A stretch of DNA of 34,476 nt, taken from the IMG/VR virus record IMGVR_UViG_2698536573_000006. One strand, 5' to 3'. This DNA comes from a virus (taxonomy: Duplodnaviria; Heunggongvirae; Uroviricota; Caudoviricetes). Made by a program: the position numbers and the translations under genes. Position 1 is the stretch's first letter. Every line of letters begins with the position of its first letter. Under the pieces are notes generated by a model that saw only the letters and a list, made by a program, of their open reading frames with translations, searched no databases and had not been told where the DNA came from. Below, piece by piece: positions 16,155 through 24,830 of the stretch.

Positions 16155-17207
16155 ATGAATCTGGTGATGTCAGATAATGCCCGTAACAAGCTGGGCTGCT
16201 ACATGACGCGACAGGCGTCGATTAACAATATCCCGGTTTCTGGACTGGTATCGCGATTTACCGTGGAACCCTCGGTGCAGCAGCGTTTTGAAAACGCCTC
16301 AAAGGATAGCACCGAACTTACAAAAAAAATTAACGTGATCGGTGTGACCGACCAGAAAAGCGAAAAAGTCCTCCTGGACACCACCGGGCCGATTGCGCGC
16401 ACAAATACCAGTTATGACGGCACAGATCGCCGCAACCCGATTAACGCTGTCGACCTGAAGTCCCGTCAGTACCAGTGTGAGCAGGTGAACTACGACACGT
16501 TTATTTCGTATCCGCAGCTTGATGCCTGGGCGGCGCACAATGACTTCCAGACCCGCATCAGCGCACAGATTGCCCGACAGGTGGCGCTTGACCGCATCAT
16601 GATCGGCTTTAACGGCACGTCACACGCGGAAAAATCCAACTTCAGCACCAACAAGCTGCTTCAGGACGTTAACGTGGGGTGGCTGGAGCACATCAGAACC
16701 AATGCCAGCGCGCGCGTAATGAATGACGTGACGCTGACCTCCCGCAACATGGACAACACCGTGGCGCACGCGGGTAAGTATGCGAATGCTGATGCACTGG
16801 TTCAGGACGCACGCTCATCCCTGCTGGATGAATGGCACAAGGAAGCTGACGACCTCGTGGTGATTATGGGGCGCAACCTGTTTAACTCGCTGCGTCTGCC
16901 CGTGCTGAACAGCATCAGCGGCCAGAATCCCAATGCGGAATTACTCGCCGGGCAGCTCATCCTGTCATCGCGCACCATTGGCGGGCTGGGTGTGTTCCTT
17001 GCGCCGTTCTTCCCGGATGCAACGATGCTGATCACCTCGTTCAACAACCTGTCGATTTACTGGCAGAAAGGTTCAATGCGTCGTCTGATGAAAGACGAAC
17101 CGGAATACAACCGCATCGCCACCTACCAGTCCATCAATGACGCTTATGTCGTTGAAGACTATGGCAAGTGCGCGATGGTCACTGGCCTGAAGTTCGCCGA
17201 CAGCTAA
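16155..17207 (+). CDS. N: major capsid protein, P2 gpN family
   Basis: 350 aa; RFTVEPSVQQ, MIGFNGTS and YVVEDYG motifs align with my recollection of P2 N; AAGGAG Shine-Dalgarno. Confidence 0.9.
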   Translation: MNLVMSDNARNKLGCYMTRQASINNIPVSGLVSRFTVEPSVQQRFENASKDSTELTKKINVIGVTDQKSEKVLLDTTGPIARTNTSYDGTDRRNPINAVDLKSRQYQCEQVNYDTFISYPQLDAWAAHNDFQTRISAQIARQVALDRIMIGFNGTSHAEKSNFSTNKLLQDVNVGWLEHIRTNASARVMNDVTLTSRNMDNTVAHAGKYANADALVQDARSSLLDEWHKEADDLVVIMGRNLFNSLRLPVLNSISGQNPNAELLAGQLILSSRTIGGLGVFLAPFFPDATMLITSFNNLSIYWQKGSMRRLMKDEPEYNRIATYQSINDAYVVEDYGKCAMVTGLKFADS

Positions 17208-17252
17208 TCAACTCACGGCGGGCATCATGCCCGCCTGTAACGGAGAGAAAAA

Positions 17253-18053
17253 ATGATTACTCCTGCACAGCAACACTGGCAGAACGTGATGGCACAGCGC
17301 GCAGGCCAGGCGAATGAAGGCGTGGACCACGCCGCGCGTACCGCGCATGAAGAGGTGCTGTATCGTCTGCGTCTGGCACAGGCCCGGCTTAAGGGCGTAC
17401 AGGCCAGAAGCGCGAAAGCCGCCATCAAAAAAGAGTTGTTGCCGGACTTTTCCGGCTGGATTGAGGGAACGCTGGAGGCTGACGGCGGGCAGCAGGATGA
17501 AGTGATTGCCACGCTGATGGTGTGGGCGATTGACTGCGACGATCTTCCGCTTGCGCTGCGTATTGGTGCGTATGTGGTCCGTCACAACCTCATCATGCCG
17601 GATAACTTTGGCCGTACTGCTGCCACAGTGCTGACCGAAGAAATCTGCAACCCGGTACTGACGCAGGCCGGGACGGATGCCGACGCGGATTTGTCCGCCT
17701 TTATCGAACCACTGGATACCCTCCGGGAGATTGTCACCGACCAGGACATGCCGGACGAAGTGCGCGCCAAATTATGCAAGGCGTGCGCCTTTGCCCGTCG
17801 TGGTCTGAGTGATGCGGACAGCATGGCCCTGTCACTGAAGCTGCTGCGCGAAGCAATGCACCTGAACCCGAACGCAGGTGTGAAACGCGAGATTGCAACC
17901 CTTTCCCGCGCCCTGAAAAAAGCCGATTCCGCAGCCGCACCAGAAGACGCCAGCACACAGCAGACGCAGGACGAAAGCAGCAAAAGTAAAAAGACAACGC
18001 GGAAGCCTGCAACACGAAAAACCACCGCGACGCAGAAGGCGAAGCGCGGTTAA
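17253..18053 (+). CDS. M: terminase small/endonuclease subunit, P2 gpM family
   Basis: 266 aa at the gpM position, with a basic C-terminal tail. Confidence 0.85.
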   Translation: MITPAQQHWQNVMAQRAGQANEGVDHAARTAHEEVLYRLRLAQARLKGVQARSAKAAIKKELLPDFSGWIEGTLEADGGQQDEVIATLMVWAIDCDDLPLALRIGAYVVRHNLIMPDNFGRTAATVLTEEICNPVLTQAGTDADADLSAFIEPLDTLREIVTDQDMPDEVRAKLCKACAFARRGLSDADSMALSLKLLREAMHLNPNAGVKREIATLSRALKKADSAAAPEDASTQQTQDESSKSKKTTRKPATRKTTATQKAKRG

Positions 18054-18146
18054 CGACTGACCCCGTCAGCGGGCGGCGTGCGCGGTGTTCCGGTTTGACT
18101 CCGTGACCGTTTACACCGCTCACCCACCGCCCGATTTTTTTCAGGA

Positions 18147-18650
18147 GTGAACCCCATGAGTATGGTTGCCAGAACCAACCCCGGCCCCGCAGAGGACGAC
18201 ATCACCGATACCGATGATGGTGATACCCGTATTTCAGCGGGTGCATTCTGGCCGGATATTGTGCTGCGTGAGCTGCGTCTGGCGGTACGACTGCCGGGCC
18301 GTGTGACCACCTCCCGTCTGCTGCATACCGCCACCGGGGCTGTGGCACACGTTACCCGCGAGCTGGAAGCATGGCAGCAGGAACAGCAGGCGGCTGGCCA
18401 TCAGACGCTGGCCGATGTTCCGGCACCCGTAATTAACGGAGAAAGCGTCAATCTCTGGCACTGGCGCAATGCGGTTTACACCGCCACACGCGCCCTGATT
18501 CTGGAGCGTTACCGCGATGCGGACACAACGGACAAGGGCGACCGCCGGGCGGACGCACTGGATATACAGACATCGGATTTGTGGCGTGATGTGAGCTGGG
18601 CCATCTCTGACATTCTGTGCCGTCCGCGAATCTTTGCGGAGTTGTGCTGA
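18147..18650 (+). CDS. L: head completion/stabilisation protein, P2 gpL family
   Basis: 167 aa at the gpL position; AGGAGTG Shine-Dalgarno. Confidence 0.85.
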   Translation: MNPMSMVARTNPGPAEDDITDTDDGDTRISAGAFWPDIVLRELRLAVRLPGRVTTSRLLHTATGAVAHVTRELEAWQQEQQAAGHQTLADVPAPVINGESVNLWHWRNAVYTATRALILERYRDADTTDKGDRRADALDIQTSDLWRDVSWAISDILCRPRIFAELC

Positions 18651-18850
18651 TGAAAGTAAAGGCACTGGAAGGCGACACCGTGGATTCGCTCTGTTTCCGG
18701 TACTACGGCACGACGCAGGGCGTCACCGAAAAGGTGCTGGATGCCAACCCCGGACTCTGCCAGCAGGTATTTCTGGACGCCGGGCAGGACGTGGAGATGC
18801 CAGAGCCGGAGAAGAAGAAACGAGAAATGATTCAGTTGTGGGGGGAGTAG
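18650..18850 (+). CDS. X: tail protein X
   Basis: 66 aa starting at ATG 18650, which overlaps the L stop (ATGA); size and position match P2 X. Confidence 0.8.
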   Translation: MKVKALEGDTVDSLCFRYYGTTQGVTEKVLDANPGLCQQVFLDAGQDVEMPEPEKKKREMIQLWGE

Positions 18851-18852
18851 CA

Positions 18853-19176
18853 GTGAGCACCATTCAAACAGGGATCACAGAGCAGGTTATTGCGTGGCTC
18901 TTTGACCACCTGCCAACGGTGTATGCAGTAGGCGCGGCGGTCAGCATTTCCGCGCTGATGAGTCTTTATGACGGACGAACACTGGTTCAGACCGTAACGG
19001 GATCGCTGGCGTGCGGCGTTCTTGCCATGGCCGTGGCCGGGTCGTTGCGCTTCTTCGGGTTTCCTGAAGATGCCGTGACGTTTATCGGCGCATCAATCGG
19101 TTTTATGGGGGCAGAGAAAGCACGCGACAAGGTTATTGCGGCCTTTAATCGCAGGGTGAAGGAGAAGGACGAATGA
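18853..19176 (+). CDS. Y: holin (P2 gpY-like)
   Basis: About 107 aa from GTG 18853, with hydrophobic helices and a charged C-terminus; sits between X and the endolysin. Confidence 0.7.
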   Translation: MSTIQTGITEQVIAWLFDHLPTVYAVGAAVSISALMSLYDGRTLVQTVTGSLACGVLAMAVAGSLRFFGFPEDAVTFIGASIGFMGAEKARDKVIAAFNRRVKEKDE

Positions 19177-19565
19177 GCAACACATTTAAATTCAGCAGCC
19201 GGAGCGAAAAGAATTTGCAGGGCGTAAACCCTGATCTGGTGAAAGTGACCCGACGGGCACTGGAAATTTCGGAAGTGGATTTTGGTATCACCGAAGGGTT
19301 GCGCAGCCGTTACCGCCAGAAGCAACTTGTGGCCACAGGTAAGAGCCAGACCATGAACAGCCGCCACCTTACGGGGCATGCCGTGGATGTTGTGGCTTAT
19401 ATCGGCAGCCAGGTGTCATGGGAATGGCCGCTGTACGAAAAAATCGCAACCGCATTCAGACAGGCCAGCCGGGAACTGAATATTCCGGTGGAATGGGGCG
19501 GCGACTGGAAGACCCTGAAAGACGGACCGCATTTTCAGTTACCACACGGAGCCTATCCGGCATGA
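19173..19565 (+). CDS. endolysin, peptidase M15-type (L-Ala-D-Glu endopeptidase-like)
   Basis: 130 aa; SRHLTGHAVDV and WGGDWKTLKDGPHFQL are characteristic of zinc M15 peptidoglycan peptidases. Occupies the gpK slot, but P2 K is a lysozyme. Confidence 0.8.
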   Translation: MSNTFKFSSRSEKNLQGVNPDLVKVTRRALEISEVDFGITEGLRSRYRQKQLVATGKSQTMNSRHLTGHAVDVVAYIGSQVSWEWPLYEKIATAFRQASRELNIPVEWGGDWKTLKDGPHFQLPHGAYPA

Positions 19566-19969
19566 AGCTCTGGCCCACGCTTGGCGTCGCTTTCCTTCTG
19601 ATTGCCGGATGGGGAACATCCATGCGTCTGTCGTGGTCGCTGGGCCGGGAGAACGCCAGAAACGAAGCGCAGGCCAGCACCCTGAAAAGTACCGCCGACA
19701 CCCTGAATATCATCAGCGCCGGGGTACAGGATATGCAGCAGGTGCTGGCGCAACTCCGCGTGGAAAATCAGCAACGCAATCAGGACGGAGAGGCCAGACG
19801 TGAACAGCTACGCAACGATATTGCAAAAGATGAATGCGCCCACGCTTTGCCTGACGCTCGTTTTACTGACAGGCTGCGCAGGCACGCAGAACGCGCCACT
19901 GCCAGCGCCGTCAGTCCGGCTTATACCGCAGACGCTGACCATACCGGTAACGCCTCCCCCCTTCCCTGA
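19562..19969 (+). CDS. lysB: i-spanin (LysB/Rz-like)
   Basis: Starts at ATG 19562 within ORF 19418..19969; N-terminal TM helix followed by a coiled-coil region. Confidence 0.65.
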   Translation: MKLWPTLGVAFLLIAGWGTSMRLSWSLGRENARNEAQASTLKSTADTLNIISAGVQDMQQVLAQLRVENQQRNQDGEARREQLRNDIAKDECAHALPDARFTDRLRRHAERATASAVSPAYTADADHTGNASPLP

Positions 19970-20120
19970 CACTCCCACATGGGGAAATCTCGGTATATGG
20001 GGCGACCGCCTTCTGGATGCACTGGAAACCTGTAACGCGGATAAACGGGCCATTGAATTACTGGAACAGCGCAGGCTGCAACGACTGAACAACGAGGACA
20101 ACAACCATGCTGAAAACTGA
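19830..20120 (+). CDS. lysC: o-spanin (LysC/Rz1-like) lipoprotein overlapping lysB out of frame
   Basis: ORF 19800..20120 in an alternative frame inside and beyond lysB; lipobox LLTGC and a proline-rich segment. Start at 19800 or 19830. Confidence 0.5.
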   Translation: MNAPTLCLTLVLLTGCAGTQNAPLPAPSVRLIPQTLTIPVTPPPFPDTPTWGNLGIWGDRLLDALETCNADKRAIELLEQRRLQRLNNEDNNHAEN

Positions 20121-20574
20121 TTCCCTGCGTGAAGCCATGACCCGTTCATGCCGATGGTGTCAGGCTAACCCGGAAAAATTCACCATTTTCGTGGAGAGCG
20201 GCAACATTGAAACGACCGGAGAAACGCCCTCGTTTGTTTACCGCTATCAGATGGTGATGTTTGTCATGGATTACGCCGGGGAGCTGGACGACCTCACGCT
20301 GCCGCTACTGGCGTGGTTATCCGAAAATCAGCCACAGTTGTTGCTCAATCCGGAGCGTAATCAGGACATCAAATTTTCCGCCGTTATCAATGACGATGAC
20401 AGCGCCGATCTCCTGTTTACGCTCCCCTTGCGGGAACGCGTTCGCATCACGCGCAGCAGTCAGGGCACACCGCAGGCAGAACACCTGCCGGAGCCAAAAC
20501 CCCGCCTGCCATCTTCCGCAGGCGACTGGTCGCATGTATTCCAGGATGTGACGTGGGGTGAAAGCGATGGATAA
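20107..20574 (+). CDS. R: tail completion protein R
   Basis: 155 aa at the gpR position. Confidence 0.8.
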   Translation: MLKTDSLREAMTRSCRWCQANPEKFTIFVESGNIETTGETPSFVYRYQMVMFVMDYAGELDDLTLPLLAWLSENQPQLLLNPERNQDIKFSAVINDDDSADLLFTLPLRERVRITRSSQGTPQAEHLPEPKPRLPSSAGDWSHVFQDVTWGESDG

Positions 20575-21202
20575 GGCATTCACCCGCGTGGATGAAACCT
20601 TTGAGGCCATTCGCGACAGCCTGAATCAGCAGGCCATCAATAACATCGCCAGAAAGCTGGCACAGGATTTACGTCGCGCCCAGCAGGCGCGTATCCGGTC
20701 ACAGAAAGCGCCGGACGGGACCGCGTGGACACCACGCAGACGCCGCGTAACCCGGATACAGGAGCGCATTCGTTTTATCTGGAATAACGAAGCACGCACG
20801 CTGAAAAACTGGCATCACGACACGGGGAAATACGGGCGAACCATCACCGGGTGGGATGAGGATAAAAACAGCATCCGCACGTTTTACCGGGATGACATCG
20901 ACCGCTTTCTGGAAATACGCACCCGGCGCATCGACCAGGACAGCACCAGGCGCGTCCCCATGTTCGTAAAACTGCGCACCGCCCGCTACCTGAAAGCCCG
21001 TGCAGATGCTTCCGGTGTGACGGTGGGTTACAGCGGCGTGGCCGCACGTATTGCACGCGTTCATCAGTTCGGTGAGCGCGATCAGGTTGCGCCGGGCATT
21101 TTCACCGATTACCCGGTACGTGAGCTGCTGGGTATCAGCCAGGCAGATGAGCGCCTGATTTATAACACGGTGCTGGGCCGGATTGCGGAGGCTGTACAGT
21201 GA
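20558..21202 (+). CDS. S: tail completion / virion morphogenesis protein S
   Basis: 214 aa at the gpS position (HQFGERD motif). Start could be GTG 20558 or ATG 20567. Confidence 0.8.
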   Translation: MKAMDKAFTRVDETFEAIRDSLNQQAINNIARKLAQDLRRAQQARIRSQKAPDGTAWTPRRRRVTRIQERIRFIWNNEARTLKNWHHDTGKYGRTITGWDEDKNSIRTFYRDDIDRFLEIRTRRIDQDSTRRVPMFVKLRTARYLKARADASGVTVGYSGVAARIARVHQFGERDQVAPGIFTDYPVRELLGISQADERLIYNTVLGRIAEAVQ

Positions 21203-21330
21203 GCGCAGAACTCATGCGACTGCTGAGCAACATCATCCGCACCGGGATCATCTCTGAAGTTGATGAGAAGTCCTGGTGCGTGCGCGTTCGCAGCGGCGAA
21301 CTGGAAACAGGCTGGTTAACACCATGGTGA
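21199..21330 (+). pseudogene. V: remnant of baseplate spike gene V (first ~43 codons only)
   Basis: Translation [43 protein letters not shown] matches the P2 V N-terminus (LRNMIRTGIIVETD...RCRVQTGG...DWLQW) then stops; the rest of V is absent. Confidence 0.6.
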
Positions 21331-23015
21331 TGGCCACAGTGGATTACGTGGATAACAAACTGAAAGAGCATGAACAGTCACGACGTCACCCGGATGCCTC
21401 GCTGACCGCAAAAGGCTTTGTTCAACTCAGTAGCGCCACTAACAGCGTGTCTGAAACACAAGCTGCAACGCCGAAAGCAGTAAAGGCCGCGTATGACCTT
21501 GCTAACGGGAAATATACTGCGCAGGATGCCAGCACAACGCGAAAAGGCCTTGTCCAGCTCAGTAGCGCCACCAACAGCGATTCTGAAACGCTGGCGGCAA
21601 CACCAAAGGCGGTAAAGGCAGCATATGACCTTGCTAACGGGAAATATACCGCACAGGACGCTACCACAGCGCGAAAAGGTCTTATCCAGCTCAGCAGTGC
21701 GACTAACAGCACTTCCGAGTCACTGGCGGCAACGCCAAAAGCCGTTAAGGCCGCGTATGAGCTGGCTAACGGGAAATACACCGCACAGGATGCAACGACA
21801 GCACAGAAAGGGATAGTTCAGCTTAGCAACGCGACCAACAGCACATCTGAAACGCTGGCGGCAACGCCAAAGGCGGTAAAGGCAGCATATGACCTTGCTA
21901 ACGGGAAATATACCGCACAGGACGCTACCACAGCGCGAAAAGGTCTTGTCCAGCTCAGTAGTGCAACCAACAGCACGTCTGAAACGCTTGCCGCGACCCC
22001 GAAAGCGGTTAAAGCTGCTAATGACAATGCAAACGGGCGTGTGCCCTCTGGACGTAAGGTTAATGGCAAACCACTGACCAATGATGTCAATGTTACATCA
22101 CAGGATATTTTTAACGGTCAGAGTATTAATATTGGTGCAAACCAGAATCTGGATAATTACAAAACGCCGGGGCTGTACCATCAACCCCTGAATGCCTATA
22201 CAAGTGCAGCGCTGAAATACCCAGAGAATCTTGCCGGTACACTGGTTGTGCTTAAAAATGCCGGGATAACACAGATTTACTATGTGTATAACACATCCAG
22301 AAGCTATACCCGCAGCCAGTACTCAACGGGTGACTGGACAGCATGGACGCCGCAGGATTCATTTCCTGTAGGTGCGGCGATTCCGTGGCCTTCTGATTCA
22401 GTGCCTACAGGCTATGCCGTTATGCAGGGGCAGACTTTTGATAAAACAACCTATCCCCTGCTTGCAGCAGCTTATCCCTCTGGTGTACTCCCCGATATGC
22501 GTGGCTGGACAATCAAGGGCAAACCCGCCAGTGGTCGGGACGTATTGTCTCTGGAACAGGATGGCATTAAATCGCACACCCACAGCGCCAGCGCATCCAA
22601 TACGGATTTGGGTACGAAAACCACATCTTCGTTTGATTACGGTACTAAATCAACGAATAACACAGGTGCACATACCCACAATGTATCTGGTACTGCAAAT
22701 AGTGCTGGCGCACATACTCATACCGTGCCATTAAGGAGACCAAACAGTGGCGGTATGAATTTCGACTGGCTGGATGGTGCATCAAGTGGCACGGTGGTAG
22801 GGAATGGAACTGTGCCTTCTTCTGGCGCACATACCCACTCAGTATCAGGCACCGCTACAAGTGCTGGGGCACATGCACACACTGTTGGTATTGGCGCTCA
22901 TACGCACTCTGTTGCGATTGGTTCACATGGACATACCATCACCGTTAACGCTGCTGGTAACGCGGAAAACACCGTTAAAAACATCGCATTTAATTATATT
23001 GTGAGGCTTGCATAA
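21324..23015 (+). CDS. H: tail fibre protein (P2 gpH-like), lacking the baseplate-proximal N-terminal domain
   Basis: From ATG 21324: [32 protein letters not shown] corresponds to an internal segment of P2 H ([33 protein letters not shown]). Followed by tandem repeats and a C-terminal GAHTH-repeat tip. Confidence 0.8.
   Translation: MVMATVDYVDNKLKEHEQSRRHPDASLTAKGFVQLSSATNSVSETQAATPKAVKAAYDLANGKYTAQDASTTRKGLVQLSSATNSDSETLAATPKAVKAAYDLANGKYTAQDATTARKGLIQLSSATNSTSESLAATPKAVKAAYELANGKYTAQDATTAQKGIVQLSNATNSTSETLAATPKAVKAAYDLANGKYTAQDATTARKGLVQLSSATNSTSETLAATPKAVKAANDNANGRVPSGRKVNGKPLTNDVNVTSQDIFNGQSINIGANQNLDNYKTPGLYHQPLNAYTSAALKYPENLAGTLVVLKNAGITQIYYVYNTSRSYTRSQYSTGDWTAWTPQDSFPVGAAIPWPSDSVPTGYAVMQGQTFDKTTYPLLAAAYPSGVLPDMRGWTIKGKPASGRDVLSLEQDGIKSHTHSASASNTDLGTKTTSSFDYGTKSTNNTGAHTHNVSGTANSAGAHTHTVPLRRPNSGGMNFDWLDGASSGTVVGNGTVPSSGAHTHSVSGTATSAGAHAHTVGIGAHTHSVAIGSHGHTITVNAAGNAENTVKNIAFNYIVRLA
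21411..22040 (+). repeat. tandem 132-bp coding repeats (about 4.7 copies) inside the tail fibre gene
   Basis: Repeated 44-aa unit [44 protein letters not shown]; the nucleotide copies are near-identical. Confidence 0.8.
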
Positions 23016-23632
23016 TGGCATTCAGAATGAGTGAACAATCACGCACTGTAAAAATTTATAACCTGCTGGCCGGAACTAATGAGTTTATTGGTGAAGGTGA
23101 CGCATATATTCCACCTCATACAGGGCTGCCAGCTAATTCTACAGATATCGCCCCACCGGAAATTCCTGCTGGCTTTGTGGCAGTTTTTAACAGTGAAAAT
23201 GAATCGTGGAATATTGTTGAAGACCATCGTGGTAAAACGGTCTATGACGTGGCATCGGGGGACGCGTTGTTTATTTCTGAACCCGGACCGCTACCAGAGA
23301 ATGTCACCTGGTTGTCGCCAGCAGGGGAATATCAGAAGTGGGACGGCGTATCCTGGGTGAAGGATGAGGAAGCAGAAAAACTGTTTCGGATACGGGAAGC
23401 GGAAGAGAAAAAGGCAAGGTTGATCCAGGAGGCAACAGATAACATCGCAATCCTGCAGGATGCAGTTAATCTTGAAATAGCAACAAACGAGGAAAATTCA
23501 CAACTGGATTCCTGGAGAAAATACAGAGTATTAGTGAGTAGAATTGACACCAGTACAGCTCCGGATATCGTATGGCCAGAGCTGATGAATCAGGGTTATG
23601 TGCGGGAGGACGAGCAGATAACTTCAGACTGA
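23015..23632 (+). CDS. G: tail fibre assembly protein (gpG-like)
   Basis: 205 aa; its ATG overlaps the H stop; N-terminal region typical of Tfa chaperones. Confidence 0.75.
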   Translation: MAFRMSEQSRTVKIYNLLAGTNEFIGEGDAYIPPHTGLPANSTDIAPPEIPAGFVAVFNSENESWNIVEDHRGKTVYDVASGDALFISEPGPLPENVTWLSPAGEYQKWDGVSWVKDEEAEKLFRIREAEEKKARLIQEATDNIAILQDAVNLEIATNEENSQLDSWRKYRVLVSRIDTSTAPDIVWPELMNQGYVREDEQITSD

Positions 23633-24159
23633 AATTTAGTGATGAATGTTGAATCATCAGGAATATCATGCAATACCAATGCATGAGCACCTATTGTGAC
23701 ATTGTTTCCTATACGCACTTTGCCACCAAGAATGGTGGCATTACAACCAATGGTCACATTATGTCCTATAACAATATCCATATCATTAAAATCACCACGT
23801 AGCCCAATAGTTACCCCCGGTTTTATTGAACAATTTTCACCGATTGTTACTTTGTGACCGATAACAACACTGTTGAGATAAGAAATATCAAAACCTTTCC
23901 CTATATTTACAGTTAAAGGGACTGTTACATTATATTTATCAAGAATGAAACGTTCTATTTTCCCCGCAATCTTCCGACAGTATCCGCCTTTATCAAAAAG
24001 GTATTTGGCTATGCGCCACCAAAATAAATAACGAAGTCTTCTATGTTTTATTGCGCGAACAATTGCCTTTCGCCAGGAGAAAGGACGCTCGCTACCGATT
24101 ACTTCATAGTGAATACAGTCTTTAAGTTCATTAATATTCATATCTCTATTATTCAGCAT
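23596..24159 (-). CDS. hexapeptide-repeat (left-handed beta-helix) acetyltransferase, cargo at the Z/fun position
   Basis: 187 aa with repeated [LIV]GxxxxIG hexapeptide units ([45 protein letters not shown]); AT-rich; convergent with G and overlapping its 3' end. Confidence 0.7.
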   Translation of the reverse strand: MLNNRDMNINELKDCIHYEVIGSERPFSWRKAIVRAIKHRRLRYLFWWRIAKYLFDKGGYCRKIAGKIERFILDKYNVTVPLTVNIGKGFDISYLNSVVIGHKVTIGENCSIKPGVTIGLRGDFNDMDIVIGHNVTIGCNATILGGKVRIGNNVTIGAHALVLHDIPDDSTFITKFQSEVICSSSRT

Positions 24160-24329
24160 AAGATAATCATGTGACCAATTATTGTAATAATTTTAATGGT
24201 ATGTTTCTACTGGCTATCCAGCGTGTCTGATACCCAGTAACAAATCGTTAACACAGGTGCAATCAAATGGTGAGTGTTAAGACTGGCCACTTATTACCAG
24301 GTATGAGGGTATGAGTGGCCAGCATTAAA

Positions 24330-24824
24330 TCAGAACAGCCCTTTAACTGAACTGGCCGCGCTGTTAAGGGATGATGTCACTTTATCTTTGAAGCCGGACA
24401 GAATATCGCTGAACGATGAGGATTGCAGGCGCTCCCGCAAATCCTCATCACAGCGTTCAAGGGTCAGTGAAAATTCTATCTTTTTCGCCTTACCGTAGCG
24501 ATCAAACTCGGAACGGGTCGTATTCGTTTCGGTCAGGACATACATGCCGTAAATCTGCCCGACGCCATCAATAAGAGGCCAGGGGCGTCCTGTATACGCC
24601 TGCGTGGTCAGCAGCGACAGCGACACTTCGCCACCTGTAATTTCAGGATAAAGCACACCAGAAAGAACGATGCGATCATCACCTGCACCGATATACTGCC
24701 AGCTTGCTGAACGGTTAACGCGTTCATTTTTCACATGCCGCCAGCTTTTGTTTTGCTGTAACTGCTGATGCGGCAGCGTGCGCAGCTCAAAAACAAACAT
24801 GCCGTAGATCATCATCATGGCCAT
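24330..24824 (-). CDS. U: tail protein U
   Basis: 164 aa; MMMIYGMFVFELRT...YPEITGG...PLIDGVGQIYGMYV matches P2 U (MMMVLGLFVF...YPELTGG...PLIDGSGHIYGMFV). Confidence 0.85.
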   Translation of the reverse strand: MAMMMIYGMFVFELRTLPHQQLQQNKSWRHVKNERVNRSASWQYIGAGDDRIVLSGVLYPEITGGEVSLSLLTTQAYTGRPWPLIDGVGQIYGMYVLTETNTTRSEFDRYGKAKKIEFSLTLERCDEDLRERLQSSSFSDILSGFKDKVTSSLNSAASSVKGLF

Positions 24825-24830
24825 GACTCC

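Noticed and set aside
21411-22040. CRISPR array
   Set aside because: The only regular repeats in the window are these 132-bp units, which are in-frame coding repeats without unique spacers; no CRISPR-like short repeat-spacer array was seen.
21422-22090. Two minus-strand ORFs (21422-21781 and 21818-22090) with repetitive translations
   Set aside because: Artefacts of the 132-bp tandem repeats in the tail fibre gene, read antisense.
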